Source of the DNA: the human T2T-CHM13v2.0 reference genome, Homo sapiens
Direction: 5' to 3' (one strand)
Assembly (NCBI RefSeq): GCF_009914755.1
Contig: NC_060926.1
DNA length: 64,000 nucleotides
Shown: positions 31,534-45,599 of the stretch, piece after piece
Layout of the letters: every line of letters begins with the position of its first letter
Numbering within the stretch: position 1 is the stretch's first letter
Made by a program: the position numbers and the translations under genes
The notes under the pieces: generated by a model
Seen by the model: the letters and a program-made list of their open reading frames with translations, nothing else
Database searches by the model: none
Told to the model about the DNA's origin: nothing

Positions 31534-31576
<43 letters not shown>
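31534..31576. repeat. (CA)n microsatellite
   Basis: Direct reading, inside L1. Confidence 0.95.
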
Positions 31577-31579
<3 letters not shown>

Positions 31580-31951
31580 TTTATAGATAGATAGATGGTA
31601 TCCAAGTCAGAAAGGGAGAAGTAAAACTATCCCTATTGTAGATGACACAGTCCCATAGGTGGAAAGTCCCCTCCAATTCAAAAGAGCTCCTAAGGCTAAA
31701 AAATGAATTCAGCAAAGTTGCGGGGTACAAGATTGATACTCAAAAATCAGTTGTTTTTCTATACACCAGCAGTGAACAATTTTAAAAAGAAATTAATAAA
31801 CAATTCTACCTATAATAACATCCAGTTTTTAAAAAAATACTAGGATCCAAAAGAACAAAACACCTGGCAAAATATTTAACCAAGGAGATGAAAGACTTGT
31901 ACACTGAAAACTATAAAACATTGCTGAAAGAAATTAAAGATCTAAATAAGT

Positions 31952-32260
31952 GGCTGGATACGGTGGCTCATACCTGTAATTCTAGCAGTTTGAGAGGTGG
32001 AGGCAGGTCCATCACTTGAGCTCAGGAGTTCAAGACCAGCCTGAGCAACATGGCAAAACCCCATCTCTACAAAAACATACAAAAAATTATCCAGGTGTGG
32101 TAGCATGAGCCTGTGGTTCCAGCTACATGCAAGGACTGAGATGAGAGGATCCGTTGAGCTGGAGAGGCAGAGACTGCAGTGAGCTGAGATTATGCTGCTG
32201 TTCTCCAGTCTGGACAACAGAGTGAGACCCTGTCTCAAAATGAATAAATAAATAAATAAG
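31952..32260 (+). mobile_element. AluJ
   Basis: Diverged dimer with (TAAA)n tail; TAAATAAG on both flanks. Confidence 0.9.
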
Positions 32261-35129
32261 AAGGCATCCCATATCCATGGATTAGAAGACTTAGTATTTC
32301 TAAAATGTCAATATTACCCAAACCAATCTATAAATTTAATGCAAACCTACCAAAATTCCAAGGCTGTGTTTTGCACAGATGGAAAAGACAATTCTTAAAT
32401 TCATCTGGAGTTGCAAGAGACCCTGAATAGTGAAAACAATCTTGAAAATAAAAAGATTAAAAGAATTACACTTCCTGATTTCAAAACTTACTAAAAACCT
32501 ACTGTAATCAAAATATTGTGATACTAGCATAAAGACAGACATATAGACCAATGGATTAGAATTGAAAGTCTAGAAATCCATGTATTTATGCCTAATTAAT
32601 TTTTTGTAAGAGTGTTAACACCATGCAATGAAGGACAGAACAGTGCCTTCAACAAATGGTACAAAAACAACTGGATATTAACATGCAAAGGAATGAAATA
32701 AAACCCCTACCTCACACCATATACAAAAATTAACTCAAAATGGATTAATGACCTAAATATAAGTGTTAAAATTGTAAAACTATTAGAAAAACAAATATTA
32801 TTTTTCATGATCTTCAATCTGGTGATGGATGCTTAGATATGCCATGAAAAATATGAACAACAAAAGAAAAAAATTGTTAGATAGGGCTTCATCAAAATTA
32901 AAAACTCTTATGCATCAAATGATGTTATCAGGAACATGAAAAGAAAACCTAGAGAATGAAAGACAATGTTTTAAATCATGTATATGATAAGCGCCTATTA
33001 TCCAGAATATATTTTTAAAATTCTTACAACTCTGAGTCAAAAGGACCAACCACCCCATTTTAAAAAGAAGAAAACCTTGAATAGCCATTTCTCTAGAAAA
33101 AATGGACAAACGACCAAGAAACTCATGAAAGATGCTCAACCTTATTAGGTATTATGAAAATGCAAATCCAAACCACAGTGAAATACCACTTCATGCTCAG
33201 TAGGATAGGTATAATAATTTTTTTTTAAAAAAAGGAAAATGATGACAGCTGTTGAGGGTGTGGAAAAATTGAAGTCTTTATATATTACCATGGGAATGCA
33301 AACTTACAGAGCCACTGTGGGAAACAATTTGGCAGTTCCCCAAAGATTTAAACATAGAATTACCATAAGCCACCACAATTCTACTTTAATTATATACCAA
33401 AAAGAATGAAAATCAAGTACCCAAACAAGAATATGTATACATAGGTTCATGGTAGCAGTATTCACAATAGCTAAAAGATAGGAACAATCCAAATATCCAT
33501 CAATGAAGGAATGATTAAATAAATTGTGATATATACATAGAATGGAATATTAAATAATAATTATATAAATAAAATACTAATATTTGTGACAAAATGAATG
33601 AACCTCCAAACCATGATGCTAAGTATAAGAAGCCAGATACAATATATGACATATTATATTATTTCATTTATATAAAATATCCAAGTATCTCCATAGAGAG
33701 AGAATGCAGATTGGTGGTTGTCAAAGGGGTGGGATGGTTGTCAGGAGGGGGAGGTATGAATGAGGAGAAATTACTTGATGGGTAAGGAGTTTTATTTTAG
33801 AGTGATGGAAATGTTTTATAACTAGCTAGATTTCACAGCATTGTAAATATACTAAATGCCGTTGAATCATTCACTTTAAAATGGTTAATTTTATGTTATG
33901 CAAATTTCACCTCAATAAATTATTTAAAATTTGTTTATCCATGTATTCAATAGTTTCCAATTGATTTTCATATGCTTCTAAAAATATGTGGACAATTTGA
34001 TGCCTGTAAACTTTTTAGCAGATGAATAAGAATGAAGGGTTCTGCTCCCTTGGTCACCTTTAATATTTTTATTATTATTTTGGGGCACCTATGTTTGTCC
34101 TGAAGCTGTGTAGGGTCATAATATACAGAATATATATAGAGAAAAGTTTACAATCTGGTGAGAAAAATAGTTTGTATACATATGTGTTTACCTCTGCTTC
34201 TGTGTTGCCTTTGTCTATAGCTGTTTAAAACCTGCTCTTTATCTTTATCTCTAACTATAAAAATCAGAATATAACTTGACTAATGAAATCCCAAAGTAAA
34301 AGAATTTAGAGATTTTTCAGTATTGTTTGATGTAAGCAGATTCAGATTGTTTTTGTCCTTCACTGCTGTACACTGCTAAGGGGTCCTTTAGCCTCTGAAA
34401 TGTTTTCAGAACCCTAGAACTTTGTTGAGCCCCTAAACCTCATTTCAGCCAGCATTCAAAAATAAATCTTCATTTGGACCAGATTTTTAAATTGTGATTC
34501 CCCTTTAGTGTGGAAATCAAGAGGATAATTTTACTAATGTTGCTAGCTGTATTTTAGTTACTTTTGAACAAATTTGTTTGAGGCTGGATGCTAGATTTTT
34601 TTTAGATTTTTTGCATAGATTTACATTAGGATGCATGCCATATTTTTATAAATTTATAAAATACATGTTAAATGTTCTATTTTTGTAGTATCATGCTATT
34701 GGAAAGTAAACTTAGTCTTTTAGAGGAAATTTTTTTAAAATATGAATTAAAAAAAGATTTTTATTCCCAAAAGAGGGAGTAGAAACAATAAAGCTCTCAA
34801 AACAAAGCCAACTAAAGAACAAAAAGAAAAAGCAAAATATGCAGTTTGCTTGACTCCTTTCTGAAATAACATGATTTTACATTTGGTGAGGCTGAAAGAT
34901 GCCTACATAACAAGACAACCTCACTTGCAACATAATGACAAAACATACCATTACCTCCATCACAGATAGCCATAGACAGGTTTTTCCTTAATAATTCACT
35001 CCAATCAGTCTACTTACTTTACAGTATTAGGGAATTGGCTGTATGAAACTTTGTATTTAATGAATGTGATTCCACCAAAAAAAAAAAGAAAAGAAAGAAA
35101 ATTTACCTAAATGAAGAGAATTGTCAACA

Positions 35130-35450
35130 AAGTATCTTTAGTAACCATCTATTGAGTGCCTTTTTAGGTAACAAACCCTATTTTCTAAAAACTCACTTTC
35201 AATCATCTCTTAGAGTCCTTGCACTAATATTATGAAGTAGATACTATCACCATGTGCTTGGCAGATCTTCAGCAGAGTACATATTGGTTGAGTAAATTTT
35301 GAATGGATTATTCCCTTTTTACAGAGGAGGATGCTGGCATTTAAAGGGGCTGGTTACGTCACTTACCCAGGGCCCACTCAACTGTCAATGATAGAACCAG
35401 GACTCAGGCTTATACCAATCTGATGCCAAAATTATATTTTTAGCTCTAAA
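35130..35450 (-). mobile_element. MIR fragments
   Basis: CCCTTTTTACAGAGGAGGA..CACTTACCCAGGGCCAC..AGAACCAGGACTC. Confidence 0.6.
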
Positions 35451-38400
35451 ACCAAAATTTTTTTCATGTCTGACAAATCAACTAGAAATGCTTTGTTTTC
35501 CCATTGAACAGATCTCTGTAATCAATGGAATAGGAACAAGTATTCCCTTCCTTTAAAAGAGCTTGTTGACCTCCAGCATTTACTCTAAAATTACCAGCCT
35601 TGCAAATAGTATCAAATATCATTTAACCACAAAAATTCTATTTGGGCTGCACTGTGCATATTTCATGACCTTGCTTCTACGTTTCCTTCAGGCCTTAAGT
35701 CAGAAGAGAAGGTAAATTAAGACGGCATTACCAACTGGATGTCTAAACTGAGAAATGGTTAAGAATGCTTATTTGATTCCCAGGTAGATGGTTTATCTGT
35801 CTGAGGGAGCTGGAGTCAAACAAAACAGATTCTTACAGTTCTGAAAAATAGGGATGTGGGGAAGGGAGAAAAACAGGGCTGGTCAAGGTTTTCTTCATGT
35901 ACTTGGTTTTCTGCGGAAAAGTCTGATTTTTATGCAACTTGAAGTATAATTGCAGTACAATTGAGACTATGCACTGTTCATAAATTTCACTGAGTTGTCC
36001 TAGAGCAGAGGCAGCCTGGACATAGATGATAAAAGTTAGAGATGTAGGAGTGATTCCAGAGCAAGTGGCAGACTTTTCCAAGACTTCCTTATTCCCAAAG
36101 AAGGGAGTATTTGTCTTATATCTATGGGTAGATAGAGAGATGTAGCCTTATAATTTTGTATATATGCAATACTCTATAAATGAATGTATTTAATATAATG
36201 TACTACCTGTAGGAATGTATACACATAATATATATGATATTATATATACATATTTTAGAGCCACTATTTATACACATGTCAAGTACTTTCATATCCATGA
36301 GCTCATGGTTTCTCATATCAACACCCTGGTGTGGACTTCCTCAGAAACATAATCTTTACTCCACAAAGCATGCTTTTAAAAAGTATAAAGGTTATTTTCA
36401 TGTTTTATTAACTTGTGTTGTAAATATTGAACCCTCCATAAAAATTCATAGGAAAAATATATAATATTTCCTGTGGATGAAGCCAGGATATTATTTATTA
36501 CCTCTGCATGGACAGTAGGAAGAGAAGAGAGACAATAGTGTTTTTTCCTCAATGTGTCTTTTAATAATAATTAAAATAATAAAATACTAAGAATTCATTA
36601 TGTTGTCAGTATTATTCAAACAAACGGATCTGGCTGTTTACCCTGTCTTGATGTTTTTGCTCATATCAGAGCTGCAATTTCTATTTTAATGTTAGAAGGT
36701 AAGCCAGCTATATTATTTCCATTTTATCATTGAGTTAGTCAAAGTATAAAAACCAATATGGCTCAGATTAAATAATCAAGTCAGCACCTAAAAAGGGTGA
36801 GGACACTGAATTTTGAATCCCAGACAAGGGTTCCCTTATCCAGCTTATGTTCTCTTCATTCAGGAAGTAGAAGGAAATTGGCTGTCTCCCCAGTTGCCTG
36901 TGAAAGGTGAACTCGCATCTTTATAACAGACAAGTCTCTCACATCTTAAATTGGTAAAATTTAGCAGCTCCACTTGTACCCTCCTCAAACTCTAAAGGAA
37001 ATATCATTCCACAATGAAACGTTTGCCTCAATTTATCACATTCATATTGGATTTTAAAATGTGTCCTCAGTTTGTTAAGAATTTCAAGATTTCGGCATGA
37101 AACTGAATTATATCTACAGGAAAGAAAAGCTAAAAGTTTCAGACTCTTGTATTTCCCTGGTCCTTTTAAAAAAAATACTGATCAAGGAAGACATTTTTTA
37201 AAAATCCTTTGCATTCATTAACATATTTAGATAAATAATAAAGGAACAAGAAATAGTATGGTGGTTCCTTTGTTCATTTATATAATTTTAAAAATTATTG
37301 TTTTTCATTATAAGATACAAAAGGCATGCAAAATTTAACTTCTAATTCTGTAATATCTCTGAGCCCTTCATAGATATCAATAAATGATGTAAGCAGAACA
37401 AAGTTCTTGTCTGAGTACAAAAGCTAGCTGCTTACTAGAGTGGCACAATGCTAAGAAATAGGCAGGGTTTATTTAAAATGCATTCTGAATAAGAAACATT
37501 ATACCAGACTTTGTGTCTTCATTGTTTGCTTTCTCTGCCTTTTGGGTGCTAGTTTATTTTGTGGGGATAGGATGAAAGATTTTAGTAGGCATAATGACCA
37601 TTAGTTTTATGAGAGTAACCATCACACTCATCATTGGCTAAAAAAGACAAAACACCCAAAAAATTGGAATTAAGAATCACCTGCGTAGCAAGTTCAAAAT
37701 GCGGACTTCCAGGCTTTATGACTATAAGTTTTACTCGTGTTGGGGTCAGGGGAGGTAGTGAGAAGGGGAGAGCAGAAACCTGAATTTTAAGGTAGTATAC
37801 TCAAGTGACTAAGAAAAAGGTCAAGAGTACATTTTGAGAACCAGTGCCTTAAGGCTTCCTACAATCCCAAATATCTTTTTCTTATGACTCTGAGGAATGC
37901 AGCATACTTGGCATGAATAGGTAGGCCATATTCTCCTGGGCACTATTGCTTCATTTATAGAAATTGTTAAAATTTACTCAGTATGTTGAGGTACAGGTGT
38001 GATGAAAATCGAGAATCTTTGCGTAGTCATTCCAAGTCCCACATTTTTCAAAGAAAACTTATAAATTATAAACAATTCATAAGAACTCATTGCCGTGCAA
38101 GATTTTAAATTCAATATCGAAATAAAAAGAGACTTCTTTATGGCAAGTTTATTTAATAACCACAATGATCTTTTCTCTGAAGGTGTACTCATAGAAATGA
38201 CTTTTTACTGTCATCTCCTGACATTTTGCCAGTATTAAGTAGAAAAATTGCTCACACTAATAAGAAGGCATGTATAAATATTGTATAAAATACTTATTTA
38301 AAATTAAGAGCCTCTTTCCAGCAGGAGTACTACAGAAAGAAAGAAACCCTATGTCTAGTTAAAAAATAAAAATCCTAGAATCATTTCAAGCACAGAAACA

Positions 38401-38919
38401 TCTCTAGCTGTTAAGAAAAAGAAATTAACGGTAGCCATAAGGAAGGAAGTTAAATACATTTTCTCCCCCAAAATACAGCTACCCAATTATAGCAGCTGAA
38501 AGACAGAATGGCATTTCCACTACTACTTCAATGACTGTCATTTTACGTCATACAGAAGCTTCATACTTGAATGAGGTGCAATTCCCTGTAGCTAGAGATG
38601 AGTGCTGTGCCAAAAATATCTCTACTGGATTTGCCTACTAGAACAAATCGTGGGCTTTCCTGCTTGGCATAATGGCTCCGGAGAAACTCCTTACACAAAA
38701 CCTTTTTCTCAGGGCAGTTTCTTTACCTGTATTTCATAAATTCATTCCTTTCCTTTTCATGTGTATTTCAGTGGACATTAAGAAGGATAATTTTAAGAGA
38801 TGAATAATAATTCAGAAAATAAAATTATTATAATGGCAAACAACTTATAGAAACAGATCTAACAGGAAAACTAGGTTCTAGTTTGTGTGTATATATGCAA
38901 TAATAAGTGTATTACTATT

Positions 38920-40610
38920 TTAATTTTGATGTTTTAGTTGAAAGATAAAAGACTTAAAGTACACACAGTGACATAATCTTGAATGTTTGATTCAATAATT
39001 TTTATACAATTTTAGCATAATTTTTACATGCATATACCTGTGTAACCACCAACCAGATAAAGAACATTTATGAATTTGCCATTATATATTAGTTTTGTCT
39101 GTTATTGAGCTTCATATAACTGGAATCACACAGTATATATTCTTTTGTGTTTGGTTTATTTCTTTCAGCAAGATATCTTTGAGACTCAGGTATGTTGTTG
39201 AGTGCGCCAGAACTTTATTTGTTGTTGTCACATTGTATTTCATTTTATAAATTTATCACAGTTTATTCATTCTCCTGACAAAGAACAAATGAATTGCTTC
39301 TACATTGGGGTTATGTCAATATAACTATTATAAACTCTTTATTGTTTTTAAGAAAATATACATTCATTTCTTTTGGATTTATACTTTGTAATAATGGAAG
39401 CACTGGCTGTTGGGTTTAGTTTCAAACATTTTTTTTCCAACTCGGCATGCAATTTTATACTTCATGTTAGTCCAGGTCCTCTAAGAGGCAGACATTAAAA
39501 TGGAAATAATATACAAAAATTTTATTAGGGAAAGCACTTGTGCGGAGAAACTAGGGAAGGCTGAAGAGCTGGTGAGGGGCTGTGTAATTCTGAATGCCTA
39601 CTGAAGTATTGATAGGGAGAAGGGACATTGGGTGGTGGAATCCTTGACTGCCATGCAGTCTAGATGTTTTGGCAGGGCTATCAGAGAGTCCTCCAGCCCA
39701 AGTTGGCCATCAGAGGAGTCCTTGGTCCACCAAGAACAGGCCTGCCTTAGACCTCTGCCACACGGAGTCATTGGCTGGAAGCAGCCCATGGGAAGCATAG
39801 TTTCAGGAAAAATGCAGCAAAGGAGTTCGGAGCAGAGCTTGCTGAGGCACTGTTATTAATGAAGATTCCTGTAGTTAGAAGTTTATGAGGCACATTCTGC
39901 TGACTGCCACGCACTCCATCCCGGAATATATGAAAGTATTAGTTGCTCCATAGCCTCACCAACATTTAGTATTTTCAATCTTTCTAATTTTAGCCATACT
40001 AGTGGACTTGTAGTGGAATCTCACTGTTATTTTTATTTTGTGTTTTCTGATGAGTAAAGGTTGAATTTATATTGAATTTATTTTTTCAAAGTGCTTATTT
40101 ACCACTTTGCTGATCTCTCTTCTGAAGTACTTGGTCAAGTGTTTTGTCCATTTTTTGAATTACACTGTACGTTTTTTCTTACAAATTCATATATTCTGGA
40201 CAGGAATCCCTTGTCATCATTTATCTTATCACATCAGTATCTTATTCCATCTGTTGTATGCTGATTTATTTTCTTAGTGGTGTGTATTTTTGATGACCAG
40301 AAGTTATAAATTTCAGTTAAGTCTTATCAATGTTTTTCTTCGTGGTTTACCTACTATATCCGGTTTAAGAGATTTATATCTACAGCAAGATCATAACAAT
40401 TTTCTCCTTTATTCTCTTCCAGAAGCTACATAGTTTTACGTTTTATATTTAGATATATAACCCATCTCAAATTTCCTTTTCGGCACGGTGTGAGACAGAG
40501 GATCAAGATTATTTTTCCCCATTGATATCCAGTTGCTACAGCACCTTTTATAGAAAAGGCCATATTCTCTATATTGAACGTCCCTGGCACCATTGTTATA
40601 AATCAAATGA
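38920..40610 (-). mobile_element. L1ME-like fragment interrupted by an LTR
   Basis: Antisense L1 3' motifs (ACCTGTGTAACCACC; TGGAATCACACAGTATAT; GATATCCAGTTGCTACAGCACC). Confidence 0.75.
39465..39915 (-). mobile_element. ERVL LTR (LTR16-like)
   Basis: GGTCCTCTAAGAGGCAGAC...TTTATTAGGG and GTCATTGGCTGGAAGCAGCCCATGGGAAGC. Confidence 0.65.
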
Positions 40611-40619
40611 ACATTATTT

Positions 40620-40830
40620 AATTGATACTATGTATTACTCATCATTTTAAATGCTTTATTAATAACTAACTTGCATAAAAACTCACACAGTAAATTCTAT
40701 GACATCCATTTTATAAATGGAGAAACAAGTACAGAGAGGTTAAGTGGATGCCACCTAGCTAATGAGTGGAGTCCAGGATTCAGACATAGCCGATCCAACC
40801 CCAGGGCACATGTGCTTAACCACCACTCCA
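40620..40830 (-). mobile_element. MIR
   Basis: CCATTTTATAAATGGAGAAACAAGTACAGAGAGGTTAAGT. Confidence 0.75.
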
Positions 40831-40999
40831 TGCCAAATTTCAGGTACATCATATCTTAAATTACCTAGAGAGAGTTTATATAGTTATTTCATAAAGTAAT
40901 TGAGCTGGTGAGTTTATAAGTTATATGATAGTCCATGAAGAATTAAATTATGTGGATCTAATCAAGATGGTTAACTTCTCTTATTGTTATTTTCATTTT

Positions 41000-41125
41000 T
41001 TATTTCCACTTTTTTAAAGTTCAGGGGTACATGTGCAGGTTGTGCAGGTTTGTTACATAGGTAAACATGTGCCATGATGGTTTGCTGCACCAATCAACCC
41101 ATCACCTAGGTATTAATTCCAGCTT
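41000..41125 (-). mobile_element. Short 5'-truncated L1PA (older primate) 3' end
   Basis: GGGGTACATGTGCAGG..GTTTGTTACATAGGTAAAC..CATCACCTAGGTATT. Confidence 0.85.
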
Positions 41126-43477
41126 CTACTTTTATTTTTAAAAGGTTGTAAAATTGTTTATAAACCCTCATAAAAAATATAATGTATTTCATAAAATTAA
41201 AATGTAAAGAGTGTAAGGTAAAGTTCATAAATCTAAAATGGCATATCATAACCACCAAAATTTTTACAAGTACTTGTGAAGAATTAGTATTGAATACACA
41301 TGACATACAACAAACATGGATATATAGAGATGGATTAACCATGTTTTATTAGCTCAAGGAACATATGTTTCTGTGAAATCCTATTTCACATCATCAGCTA
41401 TGCTTCATGTCTAAATTAGTTTGAGGTCATTAATAGAAACCAGAAAGTATATCTTTCAAGCCATATTATAAACCATTCTGCCCGTGAGAAAGAACTTGCC
41501 ATTTAGCAAGAAAAGTAAGTTCTGCCTTGAGGAAGTATGTTATATCATTTGACAAGGCGGAAGTGGTGAGCACTTCCTGATGGGGAGTCAGAATGAACAC
41601 TTTTTTTTTCCTATAGTTTAATCTTGTAATAATGCTTATTATATTTTAAATATAAAAGTAAATATGCTTCCTGTCTATAATCATGTAAATATTAAGAAAA
41701 AAGAAGAAAATACTAAACATTTGTATATAAATCCACCACTTACTGTTGCTATTTTGTTATATTTTCTTCCAGTGATAGTTTATTTATATGTATATATGTA
41801 GACATAATCTATGTGTATACGCACATGCACATATATACATACATGTATATTAAATATTTCTTTAAAACAACAAAAAAAAGTACTGTATATAGTTGCTAGT
41901 TGGCTTTTTTCACTTCCTATTATCTCATGAGCAATACAAACTTCAAATATGAGCTTTTCAAATAAGCATCTGATAAAATATTATGTAGTTTCAATCTAAT
42001 CTTTGCAATATAATTTAACCATTTCTATTGAAGTTCTATGAGTCCTTAGAATTTTATACTCCTACACATTCTACATGGTATAAAATGCATTCTAAATATA
42101 AATGATTTGCAGAGTATTCACATTTCCTTATTAGTATAAGGATCCAACTTAAATAAAAATAAAAAGTTCTATGTCACAGGCCTGCATAGAGTTTGTTAAC
42201 TTGTGAAACCACACAAGAACTTATTATAATTCAGAAATATGTATTTTTCTAGTTCAGTGATTCCCAACACGGTGCCTTTGGTCTCCTAGGGGTCCGTGAA
42301 ATAGTAATGACAGCCTTTGAGCTATTTTCAGTATTTCGAGAAGCTGAATATAAATCATATATTTATCTACAACAAGCAAAATGCCAAGACAGCAGAAATT
42401 GTACAACTCAGTATGGCAACACTGGCTATCTTATACTAATCCAAAAATTTGATTGGCTTACAATCTTTTGATTATCTTAAAGGAAAACATGTTAATTATT
42501 ACTACATAAATTTAATGTATTTGGTGAGCTAAATCTTTTAAAGTGTGAAAGAAGAACAAACATTATTATATTTTACAAAAAAAAGTTATTGGTGGTAAAA
42601 ACAGTGTCAAAAGCCTATTTCAAATGATGTCTACCCATATTTCATTGAATTTAAGAACCATTAATTATGAGATAAATCCTGATATTAGAGACATTCATAC
42701 ATGAGAAAAAAATGCTAATGAAAATTGTCAAATGTTTTCAAATTATGAGTCACATCTTGTTTTCAGAGAAAATAATATGCATGGCCTAGAGATCAAAGTT
42801 AACTTGGATATAATTGACAATCTAGTGCTTTCCATGTTAGAATGATAACTATATTTAAAACTATGCCATACATCCTGGAATTAAACTATTGAATTAAATA
42901 TATTAAATGTGGTAAAGCTCACAATACCTCAAGTTTAATTGATTGGAAAATTGATTGTGCCTAGTGAACCTTTGGATTTCTTCTTGTGGAAGTTCTTCCG
43001 CATGGGATGTTATTTGCGCTCACTTCAGCTTCACACCACGACAAAAATAACTTGGTTAAATGCCTAGCAGAAAACAAGACAGACACTGTATGTCATTGAA
43101 TTGGACAATTATATTTCTATATATAAAACAATGTTGTTTTTCAAATGGGGGTATCATATTTAGAAAGTACTAGAGTTATAGAAAAAATTAAAATATGTAA
43201 GTGTTTATAAAAATGTTTACTATTTCTTTCCATTTGATGAACAGGAGTCTGAAGCTCAGAAAAAAGACTCACTTAAGTTTGCACAGCTAGTTAATAACTG
43301 AGCTAGAACAAATATTGGTTGATTTTGCCTTACTAGTGTTTGTAAATGTCTGTCACTTAATACTTGATAAGCTTATTCTTTTCAATAAAATACTAGTGTT
43401 CCCTCTATCAAAATACATTGAGTCATTAAAGCAGGTATGCATTTTTTAACAACAACAACAAAGTAGCAAGCTGTTTC

Positions 43478-43796
43478 ATTTCATTTTATTTTTATTTTTT
43501 AGAGATAGGATCTCAATCTTTCACTCAGGCTGGAGTGCTGTGGTGTGATCATAGCTCACTGCAGCCTCAAACTCCTGGGCTCAAATGATCTTCTGCCTCA
43601 GCCACTCATGAAGCTGGGATGACAGACATGCACCAGCATGCCTGGCAATTGTGTTTTGTTTTTGTTTTTGTTTTTTTTGTAGAGATAGAGTCTCACTATG
43701 TTGCTTAGGCTGGTCTCGAACTCCTGGCTTCAAACACTCGTCTTGCCTTGGCCTCCCAAAGCACTGGGATTACAGGTGTGAGCCACTGTACCCAGC
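43478..43796 (-). mobile_element. AluJ
   Basis: Antisense Alu with CTCACTGCAGCCTCAAACTCCTGGGCTCAA. Confidence 0.9.
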
Positions 43797-44449
43797 TATT
43801 TTCATTTTAATCAACTTAACCTAGGATGTGAAACTTTTTTTATTAGAAATTAGTGTTGTTGTTCTATACACTATTCAACAGTATCATCACAGCTTTTTAA
43901 AAGCGGCTTTGGTTGTCCCAAACAATCCAAATTTTCAACTTAAGCCGAAATACTGCAGCTTTAATATTGGATTGTGGCTCACAAATTATGATGGTGCTTA
44001 TTCCCACTGCTGATTGGTTTAGTTGTGGGTGATAAAATAGGTCAATAGATATTAATTTTTTCAGATATCTACATATTTTGAGCAACACAGTAGTTATATT
44101 GATTTAATTTTAATCTCCATTATAAAATTGACACTAAATATTTGCATTTAATGTTTTTAGAAAATTTCTTTACAGGAATTTTTTTCTGTCTTTGTTAGGT
44201 TATAGGTATTGTGAAAAATACAGAGTTTAAAACAATTATTTTTCCACTGAGATATATATATTTTAATGCAAGTATGTGTACTCTTTTGATATGTATAAAG
44301 GGTAGTCCTAACAGTCAATTATGTCAATCATATAAACATGCAGGTATTACATGAGTTTTCATTATACATTGATATTTCAGAAATTTGAGCAAGATCATAC
44401 TGGAGACAGTTAAACAAATCTAAGACTCAAAGATCAAGATCATTTTGCT

Positions 44450-44905
44450 CATTTTGCTCTTTTTAGTTAGGTTTACTGTCGCAGATGCTTCTTATGTATA
44501 GATCACATCCTTCTAGCCTCATTTATCCCTAGGGATTTAGGGAACTTGTTTCAGCCTCAATTACTTGGTAACCAATACCAAGATGACTAACTCTACACAA
44601 GACAACCTGACATTGTCTTGCATAATGCTTGCTTTACCTTTTTTCATCTGTGTACAGATGCTTCTCTATTGATTTGGAGATTTGAAGTTCCAGAAATTCA
44701 CTCTTTTAGAAGACGGTCGCATGGAACTGAGCAATCTGGCATACTTAATTCTGAGTAACCAGTTAGATAATGTACATTCTAGTTGTCTCTTTTGCCCTTC
44801 CCTTCCTTTAGCCCACTTCTTACTCTTCCTCCCTGGGATAATCTACTAAGTAAAAGCATATCACCTTTGCCTAAAGCTTTTTTTCTGGAATAAACAGCTA
44901 AGACA
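44450..44905 (+). mobile_element. Very old ERVL-type LTR remnant
   Basis: 3' end pattern TCCCTGGGAT..AAGTAAA..CTTT..CTGG..AAC..GCTAAGACA. Confidence 0.4.
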
Positions 44906-45599
44906 GTGGCCATATATCCTGGTTTACTAGTTATGAATGTAAATGGCATGCTTAAAAAATAGGACCTTCTTTTATACTCAAAAGTATCTGGATTTGTATA
45001 ATCAATATCACGGTTGTTCTATCTGTAGTACTAACAAGAAGTATGCTATCCAACCTTAAGTCAGCCAAATAATTCTAGATTTGTATAATTATGTGTCTAG
45101 CAGAGAGCTAATATAGAGCTAAATAAGTATTTGTTTAATAAATAAGAGAATAAATTATTTAAACTTAATTGAATTAGTGTTTAATAGAGTATATATCCAA
45201 TTATATAATTTAAATTATCAAGTTAGGTAAAAATATAACTACATGATAATAGCAATCTAATTGGATGGTAACTATCTAATAATCAGAGGGCAGAATATGT
45301 AAACAAAAAGAAGTATAAATGTTGTTGCAGTCAAGCTTTCCAGGACATATTTACACAGAGTGTAACTGTTGGAAAAGGAGAGTCAAATCTTCAAAGTGGA
45401 AATGTCATTGGAACTGGGTCTTGAGAATTAAATGGTGTTCTCCAACTAAATAAGAGAGAATACCATACCAAGCAGAAGGTGAAGAATGTGGCTATAGTGA
45501 GATTGGGAAATTAGTTGGCTCATTTGAGGAAAGACAATAACATATTTAAATAATTTTAATTTTCACATTTCAGTATCTCTGAAAGTGATATTTTTATTT

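Larger units (their letters stand above)
29600..33925 (+). mobile_element. L1MB-family LINE (degraded ORF2 plus 3' UTR)
   Basis: EN-domain motif ATGGTTGGAGACTTCA, RT motifs (CCATGACCAAGTGAGATTTAT; TTGTAGATGACA) and L1MB 3' end AAATTTCACCTCAATAAA; many stops and frameshifts. Confidence 0.9.

Noticed and set aside
29600-33925. Possible intact or active LINE-1
   Set aside because: No 5' UTR or ORF1, ORF2 full of stops, interrupted by an AluJ and a microsatellite.
42250-42800. Possible ancient DNA-transposon remnants
   Set aside because: Resemblance too weak to assign a family or boundaries by eye.
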